Below, in pieces: positions 15,170-31,111 of a stretch of DNA of 64,000 nucleotides. The stretch comes from Eledone cirrhosa (Eukaryota): positions 35,650,001-35,714,000 of the forward strand of contig OZ024742.1 of NCBI GenBank assembly GCA_964016885.1, in the 5' to 3' direction. The translations under genes and the position numbers were made by a program. The notes below the pieces were generated by a model. That model saw nothing but the letters and a program-made list of their open reading frames with translations. It ran no database searches and was not told the origin of the DNA. Within the stretch, counting starts at the first letter, position 1. Each line of letters begins with the position of its first letter.

Positions 15170-15850
15170 ATCGCTACCACAACCCCCATCACCACCACCA
15201 TACACTACCACTACCAAAACCAACGAAACCACCACCACTATCACCACCATCACCAAAACCACCACCAACGCCATCACCACCACCACCACCACTTACCATC
15301 ACCAAAACCACCACCACCATCGCCACCACCACCACTACCATCAAAACTATTACCAAAACCACCACCACCAAAACCACCACCATCACCAAAACCACCACAA
15401 CCACTACCATCAAAACTACTACCAAAACCACCACTACCATCACCAAAACCACCACCGCCAAAATCACCACCACCATCATCACCACCACCACTACCATCAA
15501 AACTACTACCAAAACCACCACCATCGATGCCACCATCACCACCACCACCACCAGCACTACCATCAAAACTACTACCAAAAACCACCACCACCATCGCCGC
15601 CACCATCACCACCACCACTACCATCATCGTCGCCGCCACCACCATCATCATCATCATCGCCGCCACCACCAATGCCACCACTAGCACCACCATCGCCGCC
15701 ACCACCACCACCACCGCCACCATTACCATTACAGCTATTGTTATTGTTGTTGCGGTTATTGTACTGTTTGTTACTGCTGCTACTACTGTTGTTAATGGTG
15801 TTGATGTTATTATTGCGGTTGTTTTTATTGTTGTTGTTATTGTTGATTCC
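15170..15850. repeat. (ACC)n-derived degenerate repeat followed by (GTT)-rich tract
   Basis: Seen directly. Confidence 0.9.
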
Positions 15851-15960
15851 CAAATTCCTCATGGTTGACATGTGAACAAATCTCACCAGTTCACACCCGA
15901 CCGTTGTCATCAGGTTTCATATGATGTTTACTGTTGCTGCTTTAAAGCAGCAACACTAAC

Positions 15961-16030
<70 letters not shown>

Positions 16031-16439
16031 ATAGCAGTATTTTAGGCTGAAAATACTTGATATCCCACCCTCTGCTCTATCATCAGTTTTCACTTTAAGA
16101 AGAAAGAATACATCGGATAATGTAGTCCAAGATACACTATGCCTGAAAAATTATAGAGGAGGCACAGTTAAATTACTTTTCATCCGAGGATCACTAGATC
16201 AAAGCTGACTTGAACCGAGGGCGCCTCTACGTTGTACGCTGACCTGCTAGAAATAGTACCATTATCCTCACAGCACACACTGAAAAGGGAACATGGAAAA
16301 TGTGCCACTGGGTTCCTTGAAAATAGGAAACCGATGGTATGGCCACGGTTAGAATGCCTTCGGTCTTAGGTTTGTTTGATTAGAGTTGAAATGAATGAAA
16401 AGGGAATATGACAGTTTGTGTGTAATGTGTAAGAGAGAG

Positions 16440-16497
<58 letters not shown>

Positions 16498-16764
16498 AAT
16501 GCTAAAATGTTTCTTCCCCGCTAAAATTGCTTCAGTTTCAACACAGTGCCCAATGAAGTCGCTTGCTAAACAAGTAATTACTTCTTTAAAATAAATGCCG
16601 AACCGAAATACATACTTCGGTCGATGTGACCAACTGACACTTATAATCTAGTCAAAATCCAATGGTTGAAACCAATGAATGTTTAAAAGAATACTTCATT
16701 CTTGATGTGAAATCGTATGTTCAAACAGATATTGTTATATTCTGAGTGGATTATTTTACCATAT

Positions 16765-16948
16765 GGATTCGCAATCGTGAGGTTGTGAGTTCGATTCCCG
16801 GACCGGGCGATGCGTTATGTCCTTGAGCAAGACACTTTATTTCACGTTGCTCCTTCTACCTGGAGTTGCGACTGATAGATAGTACTAGCAACTGGCAAGA
16901 CCAGCGGAAACATTGTTACTTCGGTCCGATTTGACGAAAGTCGATCGT
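16765..16948 (+). mobile_element. SINE family B (5'-truncated)
   Basis: GTTCGATTCCC B box and body matching 8474 and 31243. Confidence 0.85.
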
Positions 16949-17507
16949 TCCTTTTATGTTACCAATTAAAACATAGAATTGTGGATTAATTACCAGATTA
17001 ATATAACTGACGTGAAGACTTATTCAGCAAAATCACTTTCATAAATTACAATAACAGAATATATAAGTATTTCATGTGAGCCTAGAGACTCACTATGCTG
17101 TAGCTTATCCCAGTTTTCTGTGGCATTAAGCGATTAAAAATACATGACTCCTTTTTGGATTCGACGCCAGTCCTTCGTAAAGAAGTTTATAGCTTGAGAA
17201 ATACATTTTCTTTAAAAACAAAACGTATCTTACCACTCGCTTATATAGGAAATAGTGTGTAGAAACCACAATCAGTCGAAACTTGCATTGCTTTCTGATG
17301 TCAGGAATCATTTAGCAAAGTTTGTAAATTGAATAAGTTCTTGTGTCGTGACTGGAATGTAAATACAAATGTTTCCAGTGCAACAATAAACATTACAAAA
17401 CTTGTTTTACCCTCTGTGTGTCTATGACGATTGTCTTTGCAAGAAACTTCACGATTCTTGTCTCCCTATGGTATACAAACAATTTATTTACATTTCGAAC
17501 TTATGCA

Positions 17508-17547
<40 letters not shown>

Positions 17548-17725
17548 GCATATATTTGTTTTGCAAGGTTTTTGATATGAAATCGTGTGACGAAACAAAT
17601 ATTATTATACTTGGGGAGGGTCATATTGTTATAATATTGCCAGAAATAATAGCAAAACACACGCACTGTTTGGTTCGTGCTGGTTTTCGCTTCTGTATCT
17701 TTTATATCTCCATAGTTAATTTATC

Positions 17726-17823
<98 letters not shown>

Positions 17824-18400
17824 TTTATATATATATGTATGCATATATAAATTATTCCTCTCATATAATACGCTATATTCATCTTTTCCTGTCGTCTTCT
17901 CAATGAATAAATGACTCCGAATTTCAAATAATCGATAAACTAACAAAATCCTAAGCACCGCCATATTTTACTATTCAGACATAAAATGTTATATTGATAG
18001 TTTCCGGGAGAAATAAAACTTAAGCAGAATAATTTCAATAACATACGATAAGGAACTAATGTTTGATATTCTTCTTACATTATGTTTGCTAGTTTGTGAG
18101 GTTTTGTCTAGTTTGTTTCTTGTTGCTATTTGATTTCATATGTTTGCAGAAATGGAAGTGGAAACGGGGCATATATCTGCATCTTGATAACTCGGTTTTT
18201 ACTGGTTATATCTGGTTATAAATCTTATAACTCATAGACGCAGTCTATGCATACAAAACATCAATAAGATATATATATATCTGTATATATATATACACAC
18301 ACGCATACACACACACACAAACAAACACACACACGCACATATATATATATATATATACATATATGCGAGTTTATATGTAGATGCATTCTATGTGCGTGTG

Positions 18401-18595
<195 letters not shown>

Positions 18596-20642
18596 GCACA
18601 TAGAATGCATCTACATACATGCATTCATAATATATATATGTATAACACATGCATATGCATATATATAGACAAACATATACACACATATATAAATACGTAC
18701 ATACATATATTTACACACATTATAACATATATCCACAGTGTGTATCTGTATGTGTGTTTCTCTCTGTGCGTATGTGTATGCAATGATCTGCGGAATTAAA
18801 AGTAAAGTCTACGCATTACAATAAAGTTGATATCTTTTTATCTGTTGAAGTTTTAGTGTGTCTATAGCCATTACTTCCGGCGACTAAGCATGCATCATTA
18901 GTCATTACTTCCGGCGGCTAAGCATGCATCACCGTCTCAATGGCTACAATGTAATTCACTGTGAAAATGTGTGGCCAAGTGGTTATATTGCTGGGCTTAC
19001 AATCGTAAGGTGGTTGGTTCTATTCTCGAGCGGTACGTTGTGTCTTTGAATAAAACACTATATTTCATTTTGCTTCTGTCCACTCGAAAAACATGTTTAC
19101 CTGTAACAGATCTGTCAACTCTCCTCGTCCGACGGGGAGATCTCGCACCCATTTTGGGATAGGTGAGAGATGTTTTCTCTTGTGAAAGTGGGTATAGCTT
19201 TCATTATGTAAAATCTCCCCATTTTTGCCTCATTTCTCCCAGTTTTGGAGCACTTTTTTTCGTGGTACTCCCCGTTTGGGTTTTTAGAGGTTGGATAGTC
19301 TTCTGTAATTCCTTGTCTTACACTGTGTCACACTGAATCTCTTTGAGAACTACGAAAAGTGTACACGTGTATGTAGAATGATCAACTGCTTACGCATTAA
19401 TTTCACGAGTAGACTGTTCTCTTTATCAACCGACTGCAAGGATCGTCGTTGGAACAGACGGTGGTCCATCAACGACAGCAACAACAGTTATCTGTGGAAA
19501 CGTGTAGCCTAGTGATTAACGTGTTGTGCTTACAATCATAACGTTGGGCTTTCGATCTTCGGGATGAGCAGTGCGTTCTGCATTTCTAAATTTTACGTTG
19601 CTTCTGACCACTCACATGAAAATAAAAAAAAGTGCCAGTAACAGATGGGGTTTAACCTTGGGAGACACTAGCATCCCAACTAAGGGAGACGTTGTGTACT
19701 CTCCATCGCTTCACTATTTCGTTTCTGTATTTCTCGTATTTGTTTCTGTATGTATGCCTGGTCCCGTAACTCCTGATGGGGTCGTAGGAGCGCCGTATTG
19801 AGATACGGTGTTTCTTGGGCATTTTAAGCCTGGTGGAGCCCATCCCTCTCCAGGCCTGAGCACAGCAGATTTTCTCCAAAGAGAAGAAGAATCGACCCAG
19901 TACTAGACTGGTATTTTCTTTATCGACCTCGAAAGAATGAACGGCAAAGTTGACCTCGGTGGGATTTGAGCTGAGAACAGAGAGCTGTTTTTGTATTTCT
20001 AACAAAACACGCTGCCTATGTATTTCAATTAATTTTGAAAATATTCAAGAATTGTTTTGGGGAATTAGTACAAATGGCAAATATTTTTACATTACAAATT
20101 CATTGTTTAGAAAATAACATAACATTATCTAAAATTATGGCGGAAGACTTTAATATAGTTTGAAACATGGTAATTAAAACGGGCAGCATTGTATCATAGA
20201 ACCAGGGAGTACTCCAGTGTTGATGCCTCGTGGAAATGGAATAAACTCTAACCACTGCAGTTTCAATATCAACAATAACAAAATAAATCAACATAATAAT
20301 AAATAAATAAAATAAAAATAAAATAGTCACCGTTAGCAGCAGCATTACACTACCCTCACCACTTCTACCACCACCACCACTATTACCACCACCAATAAGA
20401 ATTATCTCCCGCCCTTTTCCCAGAGTTATGTCGCCTTAAACAGCTGCGCTGACACTTAAGGAATGTTTTGATAGATGAGACCAATGTAACTTATATAGAT
20501 ATATACATACATATACACGTACATATATACATTACAATTACACACACATACATACATACACACACACATATATATATTATATTATATTAATACATATATG
20601 CATACATACATACATACATACATACATACATACATACATACA

Positions 20643-20675
<33 letters not shown>

Positions 20676-20772
20676 GAGTGTGTATCTGAAAAAAATTGTC
20701 AGAGACGAAAAACAATACAGCACAATGATGCTATATATTAGTTTAATGCTTGATATAGTAGGACAATTGTTT

Positions 20773-20801
20773 TAACGTTTCAGACGTTAGTCCTTCACAA
20801 G
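20773..20801 (-). ncRNA. Degenerate ultra-minimal HHR remnant
   Basis: Minus CTTGTGA-A-GGAC(taac)GTCT-GAAAC-GTTA; related to 31083 and 42419. Confidence 0.45.
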
Positions 20802-21804
20802 AAGATAGAATTAGAGATAGAAGAAATAGCAAGAGAAAAGAAAGAAACGGATTTTTTTTTATATAGAACAAAAGCATGTATGTTTAGTCAGCCATTTTGG
20901 ATGTAATTGTAGTATGAAGTGGATTAGTGGATGAGTACTGGTTAGTGAAATGTGTTCTGTTGAATCAGGAGAATTGTAACCATAGTCAATGGAACCAGTA
21001 GTTGAAGCTGCTTAGTTGATGTTGATATGATGTTACTGTAGGACAAAACAATGTTCGCCAATCACATTGGTATGAATTAACAAATGAACAGACAACGCTA
21101 ATTTTATGTTTTTATTCTGAAATACTTCGATATCATGCGATGCATAAGAAAACGAGAAAGATTTGAGTAATTCAAAGTATGCTTTTGATAGTGTGGTGTT
21201 AGTTCGTTTTAAATTGTGTGAGAAATTATAAATTTATCAACCTTCATTAATTTAGGGAAATTTCACGAACGTCAGCGGGGGTCATGTGATAGTAGCAGAA
21301 ATGATCGTATTTTTATTTTTATTTTTTTCAAATATTTGAGGTTATTTGATAAACTTTTCCATTATTTTCATCGTACTTTTAAATCAGCACACATTAGTAA
21401 TTTCGAAAATGTCGTATACCCGTCGACATTCCTTTATTACAACTTAGTTATCAATGCCTCAGTATGAATGTGTGTCTGTGAAAGATATACATATACACCA
21501 TGTCAGGACCTAGCCAGAATGATCTGACTGGTAAGGCCAGCGAATGAGTGTCTGCTTGAGAGCCTGGGTGAGCATGTGCCAGACAGCCCTAGCGTATCAC
21601 TTTTTATATAAGGTGTGTTTATTGACCGGGTCATTCTTACACACAAAAGAAAACCCTTACCTATTATTTAGTTCGCCAAGATTATAGGTCAGTATGTCGA
21701 TCGGGCCATAACCTCGAAAACAATGGAAAACTCTTATCTTGTGACGCTTCCGCTACGCAGAAACAGACACAGACACACACACACGCTCACACACACATAC
21801 ACAG

Positions 21805-21877
<73 letters not shown>

Positions 21878-21880
21878 ACA

Positions 21881-21967
<87 letters not shown>

Positions 21968-21968
<1 letters not shown>

Positions 21969-22030
21969 TAATAATAAATTCAAAGTCCAAAATCCAAAAT
22001 CCAAAGAGAACTCAATAAGGGTTGTGTGTG

Positions 22031-22095
<65 letters not shown>

Positions 22096-22513
22096 TTGAA
22101 AAAGGGGTAGAGTTCTGTACAAATCACGGGTTATAGTAAAAAGTAAGAATGGAAACAGACGGAAGTGTATTTAAAGAATCTTTTTTTTTTCTTTAATCCG
22201 ACAAAGTGTCATTTTTTAAAAGAGGGAAAAAGTGAAAAAAAAGAAATGTTTTATAAAATATATAAAGTATTACCGGTTTCGAAAAATATTGGATAATAAA
22301 ATTATAATTGAAAATTCAAAATTAAGGGTTGAAGAAGGTCTGTTCATTTTAAGATTAATTACATCAAAACCGATAATGTTTTATATATTTTATAAAACCT
22401 TTCTTTAAAAAAATATTTTCTTTTTCCTTTTTTTTTTTTGAAAAGTAACTCAGATTAAAGAAAATAAGATTCTTCAAATATACTTCCGAGTTGTTTTCGT
22501 TCTTATTTTTTCC
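21968..22513. mobile_element. Old degenerate fold-back mini-PLE
   Basis: Imperfect arms about 22140-22282 / 22364-22510; minus-strand CGAAACCGGTA at about 22271-22281; tail motif GAACTCAA at about 22008. Confidence 0.55.
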
Positions 22514-22522
22514 TATATATAT

Positions 22523-22803
<281 letters not shown>

Positions 22804-22865
22804 AGAGAGAGAGAGCGAGAGAGAGAGAATAAGAGGTCAGATTTGCAGCCTGTTATGAAACTTTA

Positions 22866-22957
22866 TTGCATATTACAACTGTCTCGATATCGATCAGGTC
22901 GGGTTTGATCGAGTGATCGGATCCCAACTCTTAATCGATACCTCTTAAGATATGCGA
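22866..22957 (-). ncRNA. Degenerate type I HHR with 57-nt helix II domain
   Basis: Minus TCGCATAT-CTTAAGA-GGTATCGATT..GATCGATATC-GAGACA(gt)TGTA-ATATGCAA; two core mutations. Confidence 0.6.
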
Positions 22958-23051
22958 GGGATTGTAACGTCAAGTTACTGTTGGTTCACGAAAGTGACCA
23001 CTTGATGCGTAGCCTCCAGTATGTACTTTGGGGTTGTACTAAGCAGAGGGT

Positions 23052-23360
23052 AATAATAATAATTGTTTCTACTTTTGGCACAAGGCCAGCAATTACCCAG
23101 TGCATTACTGGTACTTTATTTTATCGACCCCGTAAGGATGAAAGATAAGTTAACCTTGGCGGGATTTGAACTCAGAATGGCAAGGGCGTAACTCTATGCG
23201 TCAAAGCATGGCGTCCCTCTACCGATACTGCCAATCCACCGCCATAATAATAATAATTGTTTCTACTTTTGGCATAAGGCCAGCAGTTACCCACTGAATT
23301 ACTGGTACTTTATTTTATCGACCCCGTGGGGATGAAAGATAAAGTTAACCGCAGCGGGAT
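23052..23360 (-). mobile_element. Two tandem SINE A copies
   Basis: Reverse complement of the SINE A consensus, joined at (TAA)n. Confidence 0.85.
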
Positions 23361-23559
23361 AATAATAATAAGCATGGATGAAGTGTCAAATTTTCATTAA
23401 GTTTATTCAGGTGTGATGCGCGTTTCGCGATTGATCAACTCAGGGTTCGATCTCTATCGATCACGCCCGACTCTGAAATTAAAAGCTCATCAGATTTCTG
23501 TTAGCTTAATAACTATTGATCTTGAGTGGATGAATTGTAGTCAAAGAACAAGAACTGCA

Positions 23560-25262
23560 GTAACAATAACCACAACAACAGCAACAAGAAAAACACCAAC
23601 GTAAACAGCAATAGCAGTAACAACAACAACAACTACAGCAATAACAACAACAACAATAACAACAACAACAACACCACCACCAATAACAACAACACGAACA
23701 CCAACAACACTAACAGCAACAACAACAGCATCTACTACAACAACAACTACAACGACGACAACAACACCACCAACAACACCACAACCAACAACAACACCAG
23801 CAACAACACCACAACCAACAACAACAACTACAACAACAACAAAAACAACAACACCAGCAACAACACCACCACCACCAACAACAACAACAACAACAACACC
23901 AACACCACCAACAACAACACCAACACTAACAACACCAACAACACCACCAACAACACCAACAACAACACCAACAACAACACCAGCAACACCATCGCCATCA
24001 ACACCAACAATACCACCACCAACAACACCATCAACACCAACAATAACAACACCAACAACAACACCACCAACAACACCAACAACAGCAGCAACTACAAGAC
24101 CACCAACAACACCACCAACAACACCAACAACAACAACACCACCAACAACACCAACAAAAACAACACCAACAACAACAGCAACTACAACACCACCAACACC
24201 AACAACAACAACAACAACACCAACAACACCAACAACACCAACACTAACAACACCATCAACACCAACAATAACAACACCAACAACAACAGCAACTACAACA
24301 CCACCAACACCAACAACAACAACAACACCACCAACAACACCAACAACACCAACACTAACAACACCATCAACACCAACAATAACAACACCAACAACAACAC
24401 CACCAACAACACCAACAAAAACAACACCAACAACAACACCACCAACAACACCAACAACACCAACAACACCACCAACAACACCAACAACAACACCACCAAC
24501 AACACCACCAACAACACCAACAACAACAACACCAACAACAACACCAACACCAACAACAACACCAACAACAACAACAAAACCAACAACAACAACACCAACA
24601 CCAACAACACCAACAACAACACCACCAACAACACCAACAACACCACCAACAACACCAACACCGACAACAACACCAACAACACCACCAACACCAATACCAA
24701 CAACACCAACAACACCAACAACACCACCAACACCAACACCAACAATACCAACAACAACACCACCAACACTAACAACAACACCAACAACACCACCAACACC
24801 AACACCAACACCAACAACACCACCAACAACAACAACACCACCAACAACAACAACACCACCAACAACAACAACACCACCAACAACACCACCAACAACAACA
24901 ACACCACCAACAACACCACCAACACCAACAACACTACCAACAACACCAACACCAACACCACCAACACTAACACCAACAACACCACCAACAACAACAACAC
25001 CAACAACAACACCAACACCAACACCACCAACAACACCGCCAACAACACCACCAACACCAACACCACCAACACCACCAACACCAACACCACCAACACCAAC
25101 ACCACCAACACCACCAACACCACCAACACCACCAACAATACCACCAACACCAACACCAACAATACCACCAACAACACCACCAACACCAACACCACCAACA
25201 CCACCAACAATACCACCAACAACAACACCACCAACACCAACACCAACAATACCACCAACAAC
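23560..25262. repeat. (AAC)/(ACC) mixed trinucleotide array, about 1.7 kb
   Basis: Seen directly. Confidence 0.95.
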
Positions 25263-25377
25263 AGTAACGGTACTTTACAGGTACATATTTACTTTAAACA
25301 CGACCAGAAAGATCTTTATTAATAGAATGGAATTTTTTATGAATTTAATCATAAAAAATAAGGTGAGGCTCTACTGT

Positions 25378-25437
<60 letters not shown>

Positions 25438-25574
25438 CAGCAGTGTGGTGGTGGTGATGGTACTTGTAGTGGTGGCAGTGGCGGTGATTGTGGTGGTGCT
25501 ATGGTGGTGGTGATGGTAATAGTACTCGTAATAGTAGAAGTAGTAGTTGCTATTATTATTGTTGTTGATAACGA

Positions 25575-26022
25575 TTAACTTTGCCTTTCATCCTTACAGG
25601 GTCGATAAAATAAAGTACCAGTAATACACTGGAATAATTGCTGGCCTTGTGCCAAAAGTAGAAACAATTATTGTTGTTGATAACGATGATAATGATGATG
25701 ATGATAATGTTGGTGATGATGATTAAACAAAATTACGTCGCAGTAGAACAGGATCTAAGAAATAAATAGGGTTTAGATTTCAAGTGTGACTATACGATGC
25801 TTCTCCGTCGGTTTCGACGATGTGCTTTCAGTGGTTCATTCAACTTAACGTCCAGCTCGTACATTAATATGTAAACGGCTGCAGCACAGTTACGTCCCTT
25901 TATGGACTGAGTTCAAATCCCGCCGAGGTTAACTTTACCTTTCATCCTTACGGGGTCGATAAAATAAAGTACCAGTAATGTACTGAGTAATTGCTGGCCT
26001 TGTGCCAAAAAGTAGAAACAAT
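25575..26022 (+). mobile_element. Two partial SINE A copies (25575-25672, 25888-26022)
   Basis: SINE A core; the second copy is flanked by duplicated ATTAATATGTAAACGGCTG (TSD-like). Confidence 0.8.
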
Positions 26023-26279
26023 TAATATGTAAACGGCTGGGTATTCCACAGACACGTGTACCCTTAAAGTAACTGCTAAGCCGAATCAGCGAGACACAAT
26101 ATGTGACAGGGACAGTCCATCTGAAGGGCATCCACACTTCGTCAGCTTAGCGTATTTCTTAACATACATCTTAATTAACCACCAACACGAGCGCTAAATA
26201 TATGCAAATTAGTACGCCCACTTCAGAATACTACTTAGAGCGAATGGTGTTTCCTTGTGGTTGTTTGATTGATATACAA

Positions 26280-26323
26280 GCTTTCTGGTGAAGATCCAAC
26301 TAGGTTCGAAAATCGATTAAAGG
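26280..26323 (+). ncRNA. Degenerate minimal HHR
   Basis: GCTTT-CTGGTGA-A-GATCC(aacta)GGTTC-GAAAATCGATTA-AAGGT; A6 mutated. Confidence 0.45.
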
Positions 26324-26749
26324 TGCTCATCATTTTTTCCATTTACAAGTAAATTAGTATTTTCTGGCATATTTACATGCCTACATAATAGATATGTATA
26401 TATTTATATTCACATTAGTGCAGTCTCGGATACCAACTCTGTATTTATACAGATATAACTTTATCAAACACTTCGGCTGCTAACGGACTTCTTGATATAT
26501 ATATATTAAGCTGTGTGGTTACTTGATAAAGTGTATTTGAAAATACAAGGAAAACACAAGCGGGGAACAATCAGTTGTCTGCTGGAGGTCACTGACATTT
26601 CAACGCATTAAAGACAATATGTCTAATTCCAGTGCGTCAATAACTTGTGGAAGTTATTGGGGAAAAGAAAGGAGAGAGAAAAAAAATTAAACGGGAAAAA
26701 AACGCAGAGAACATACCCCAAAAGAGGGGATATATATATATATATATGT

Positions 26750-26816
<67 letters not shown>

Positions 26817-27410
26817 GATGGGGGTACGCGTGTGTGTACGTGTGTGTGTGAGCGAGTAAGAGAGAAAATATGGAGGTGTTTATATTTATCTTGTCTTTCA
26901 CTAGTGATAATTTTTCCTTCGTAATAAAGATTATATCGTAATATTACGTCCAAAGAAGGAATAAACAGCAAATATTTAGATTTAAAAAACTCGTTAAAAA
27001 CCATAGTCAACAGTAACCTCAAAATAGGTTCATTTTTCTTGATTTAACAGCCACCTTTGACACTGGCCAATACAAGTAACTCCTATAGAGAACTGTCAGA
27101 AACTGGCTCTGGTCATATGATACAAAGCTGTTTGTTTTGAAATGTTTATATCTAAATTCAAGCCTAACATTATAATTTTATGTAAGAAACCTTGTTATAT
27201 TTCAAACACCAGTTTAATATTGAGAAAGTAATTTATTTTATAAAATCTCTCCAAATTGTTTTTGGTTATTTTCAAAATCATTTCAAAATCAGAAGTAGAG
27301 TCGTTCATTAGACATGTGTTTACGAAAAGATTAAAGTGTTTATATTTATCAAAAAACTCTCCATCATAATATTATGTTAGAACAGTTACGTTTTCTTTCA
27401 AACACCATCC

Positions 27411-27823
27411 TAATAATGGTTTCTGATTTAGGCACAAGGCCAACAATTTGGGGGGGAGGGGAAAGTCGATTAAATCGACGCCAGTGCGGTACTGGTACTT
27501 TATTTTATCGACCCCGTAAGGATGAAAGGTAAAGCTAACCTCGGCGGGATTTGAACTCAGAACGTAAAGGATCGTAACTCTATGCGGCTAAGTATGTTGC
27601 CCGACGCTCTACCGATTCTGCCAATCCAACCTAATAATTATTTCTACTTTTGGCACAAGGCTAGTAATTATCCCAGTGTATTACTGGTACTTTATTTTAT
27701 CGACCCCGTAAGGATGAAAGGCAAAGTTAACCTCGGCGGGATTTGAACTCAGTCTGTAAAGGGACGTAACTATGCTAGAAAGCATGGCGTCCGACCCTCT
27801 ACCATACTGCCAGTTCACTGCCA
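27411..27823 (-). mobile_element. Two tandem full-length SINE A copies
   Basis: A box TGGCAGAATCGG / TGGCAGTATGG and B box GTTCAAATCC on the minus strand. Confidence 0.9.
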
Positions 27824-27999
27824 AGTTAGCTAGAACGATAATAATAGTAAATTAAGAACGGTTCGACATACAACACTTCTTACAGTCTAGAGGTAAGTTC
27901 ATGTATGTGTATATGTATATGTGTGTGTAAGTATGTGTGTGTATCTGTGTGTATATGTGTATAAGTATGTGTGTGTATATGTATATTATATATAGTATA

Positions 28000-28092
<93 letters not shown>

Positions 28093-28178
28093 TATATTAT
28101 ATGAATATAATCTCAAAACAATAAAGATCTTATTTATTTATATGTTGGCTCTGTACATTACATTAGACCGTTTGTTTT

Positions 28179-28273
<95 letters not shown>

Positions 28274-28289
28274 TATATATATATTTATA

Positions 28290-28537
28290 CAATGATATTA
28301 AATAAATGGAAACTATATTTATAAAACCATATTTATTCTATTATATATATTTCAAGGGTACCAACATTTTGGTACCCTTGAAATATATATAATAGAATAA
28401 ATATGGTTTTATAAATATAGTTTCCATTTATTTAATATCATTGAATATTATACTCCACAAAACTTGTTGAGTGCTCTGAATCAGTTATAAACAATTATAT
28501 TTGTTGAATTACCAACAAATTGAATATCCCTTCTGCT
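28290..28537 (+). mobile_element. Fold-back mini-PLE (P2-related), apex at the HHR helix II loop
   Basis: Perfect arms 28290-28364 / 28369-28443, apex GGTACCAA-catt-TTGGTACC; tail with TTGAGTGC at 28467. Confidence 0.85.
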
Positions 28538-28719
28538 TATATATATTGATATATATGTGTGTGTGAGTGAGTGTGTGTGTATGTGTGAGCGTGTATTCAT
28601 GTATGTATGTATATAGAAAGTGGTTTTAAAAAGGTCTGTAACAACGACTAACAATGAATAAATTAAAATAAAGTTATCTCTGGTAATTGTTGAAGGAATG
28701 TATATAAATAGTGAACAAT

Positions 28720-28737
28720 TTACTACTACTAGCACCT

Positions 28738-28792
<55 letters not shown>

Positions 28793-29570
28793 CTCTAACA
28801 CCACTACTACTACTACCACTAACACCACTACGACTACCTCCACTACTACTACTACTACCTCCACTACTACTACTACCACCTCTAACACCACTACCACAAC
28901 AACTATCACCACCCACCTAAAACCACCTCCACTACCACTATCATCATTACCAGACACCAACTCCTCACCCACAACCATCACCACCACCAACTACCACCAC
29001 CACCACCATCACCACCACTACCACAACCACTACCACCACTACTACCACTACCACCACCACCACTACCACCACTACTTCCACCACTACCTCACCACCACTA
29101 CCACCACCACCAAAACCACTACCAACACCACCAACTACCACCACCACTACTACCCCCACCCCCACCACCACCACTACTTCCACTACCACTACCACTACCA
29201 CCACCACCACCACAACCACTACCAACACCACCTCCGCCACCACCACCACCACCACCATCATCACCACCACCACCACCACTACCTCCACCACCACTACCAC
29301 AACCACTACCACCACCACCACCACTACCTCCACCACCACTACCACCACCACAACCACTACCACCACCACCACCACCACCACCACCACTACCACCACCACC
29401 ACCACCACCACCACCACAACCACCACCACCAACACCACCATCACCACTACCTCCACCATCACTACCACCACCACTACCACCACCACAACCACCACCACCA
29501 ACACCACCATCACCACTACCTCCACCATCACTACCACCACCACTACCACCACCACTACCACCACCACTAC
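28720..29570. repeat. (ACT)/(ACC) trinucleotide array
   Basis: Seen directly. Confidence 0.95.
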
Positions 29571-29748
29571 CGCGACTAATAGAGGAATATGAGATAAAAA
29601 TAAATTTCTTAGAGTTCAGCAGATCATCTTGTTTTTCTTCTTTTTTGTTTTACTGTATGAATGAATGCCATTCTCCAAATATGTAATGAACGTAGAGGAA
29701 GATAGAGATTGATAGATCACCAACACACATACACGTGCGTGTACAGAG

Positions 29749-29793
<45 letters not shown>

Positions 29794-29797
<4 letters not shown>

Positions 29798-29934
29798 TCC
29801 AGAAACAGCCGTCGAAACGGCTTGAGCTCTGCCGTCGGGGTCCTGAACCTTTCACTATTACCCACTCTACTACCCAAAGTATCGAGTACTCTGGTGCGTT
29901 ATGTCCACTTGGTTCCTTACCACACTGCCTTCGT

Positions 29935-29935
<1 letters not shown>
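29794..29935 (+). mobile_element. Mini-PLE family P1, single arm
   Basis: GAAACGGC(ttgagctct)GCCGTC helix III with GUC site, then tail with TCGAGTAC; flanked by (TA)n. Confidence 0.7.
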
Positions 29936-29983
<48 letters not shown>

Positions 29984-30420
29984 GGCAAACAGAAACAGAA
30001 ACGGAGACTGAAACTCATACACACATACGCATACGTAATAGAAAGAAATGTAAACATATATTGTTGTTACTGTTGTTGGACCTCCGTCGGTGACGACGAC
30101 GATGTGTGATAGGTCTTTTTAAATGGCTGAAAAATTCACAGACAAGTGAACCCTTAACGTAATTTTCTAGGATATTTAAAATGGCATAGTGTGTGACGAG
30201 GAAAGTTATTTGAATTACAAGTACAAGTCCTTTTGTCCATCTGATTAGACAAGAACAAAGTGAAATAAAGTGACTTGCTCAAGGACATAACTTGCTATTT
30301 ATATAAATGTCTTATACAGATACAAGCATAAAACATAAAATTTAAACACGTGTGTGTGTGTTAAGCATTTGTCCGACGCTATAGTGATCCACCTATCTGT
30401 GTGTATTATTATGCTCCATA

Positions 30421-30850
30421 CTTTGCAGTACAGAGTTACGGCCCTTTACGTTCTGGGTTCAAATCCCGCCGAGGTTAACTTTGCCTTTCATCTTTATGGG
30501 GTCGATAAAATAAAGTACCAGTCACGCACTGGGGTCGTTTCAATCGACTTTCCCCTCCCCCAAAATTGCTGGCCTTGTGCCCATATAAGAAACCATTATT
30601 GGATTGGCAGTAACAGTAGAGGGTCGGACGTTATGCTTTGCAGCATAGAGTTACGGCATTTTACGGTGTGAGTTCAAATCCCATCGAGGTTAACTTTGCC
30701 TTTCATCCTTACGGGGTCGATAAAATAAAGTACCAGCAATGCACTGGGATAATTGCTGGCCTTGTGCCAAAAGTAGAAACAATTATTATGCTCCCAAGTT
30801 CAACTTAACCTTTCATTCTTTCGAGGTTGATAAAATAAAGTACCAGTAAA
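30421..30850 (+). mobile_element. Tandem SINE A copies (two plus a fragment)
   Basis: SINE A consensus. Confidence 0.85.
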
Positions 30851-31082
30851 ATTACTGACCTTACGTGGACCATCAAATTCTTTGGATTCCTACATTGGAT
30901 CTTCATCCTACAATTAGATTTTTACCCGGACCTTACCTGAACTATCACTCGGATATATTTCCCTGGATTTTCTCATTGCTTTTTCCTTTATACCAATATA
31001 CCAAGACTAACTACCACTTTCCCTCCACTATTCTCTTCTCGCTATCTCCATCCCATTTCTTCTTTAATTTCTCATTCTATTT

Positions 31083-31111
31083 CTGTTGAAGGACTAGCGT
31101 CCGAAATGTTA
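31083..31111 (+). ncRNA. Degenerate ultra-minimal HHR remnant
   Basis: CTGTTGA-A-GGAC(tagc)GTCC-GAAA-TGTTA. Confidence 0.5.

Noticed and set aside
19111-19298. Possible small hAT-like MITE with degenerate terminal inverted repeats
   Set aside because: Too many mismatches, single copy in the window, no clear TSD
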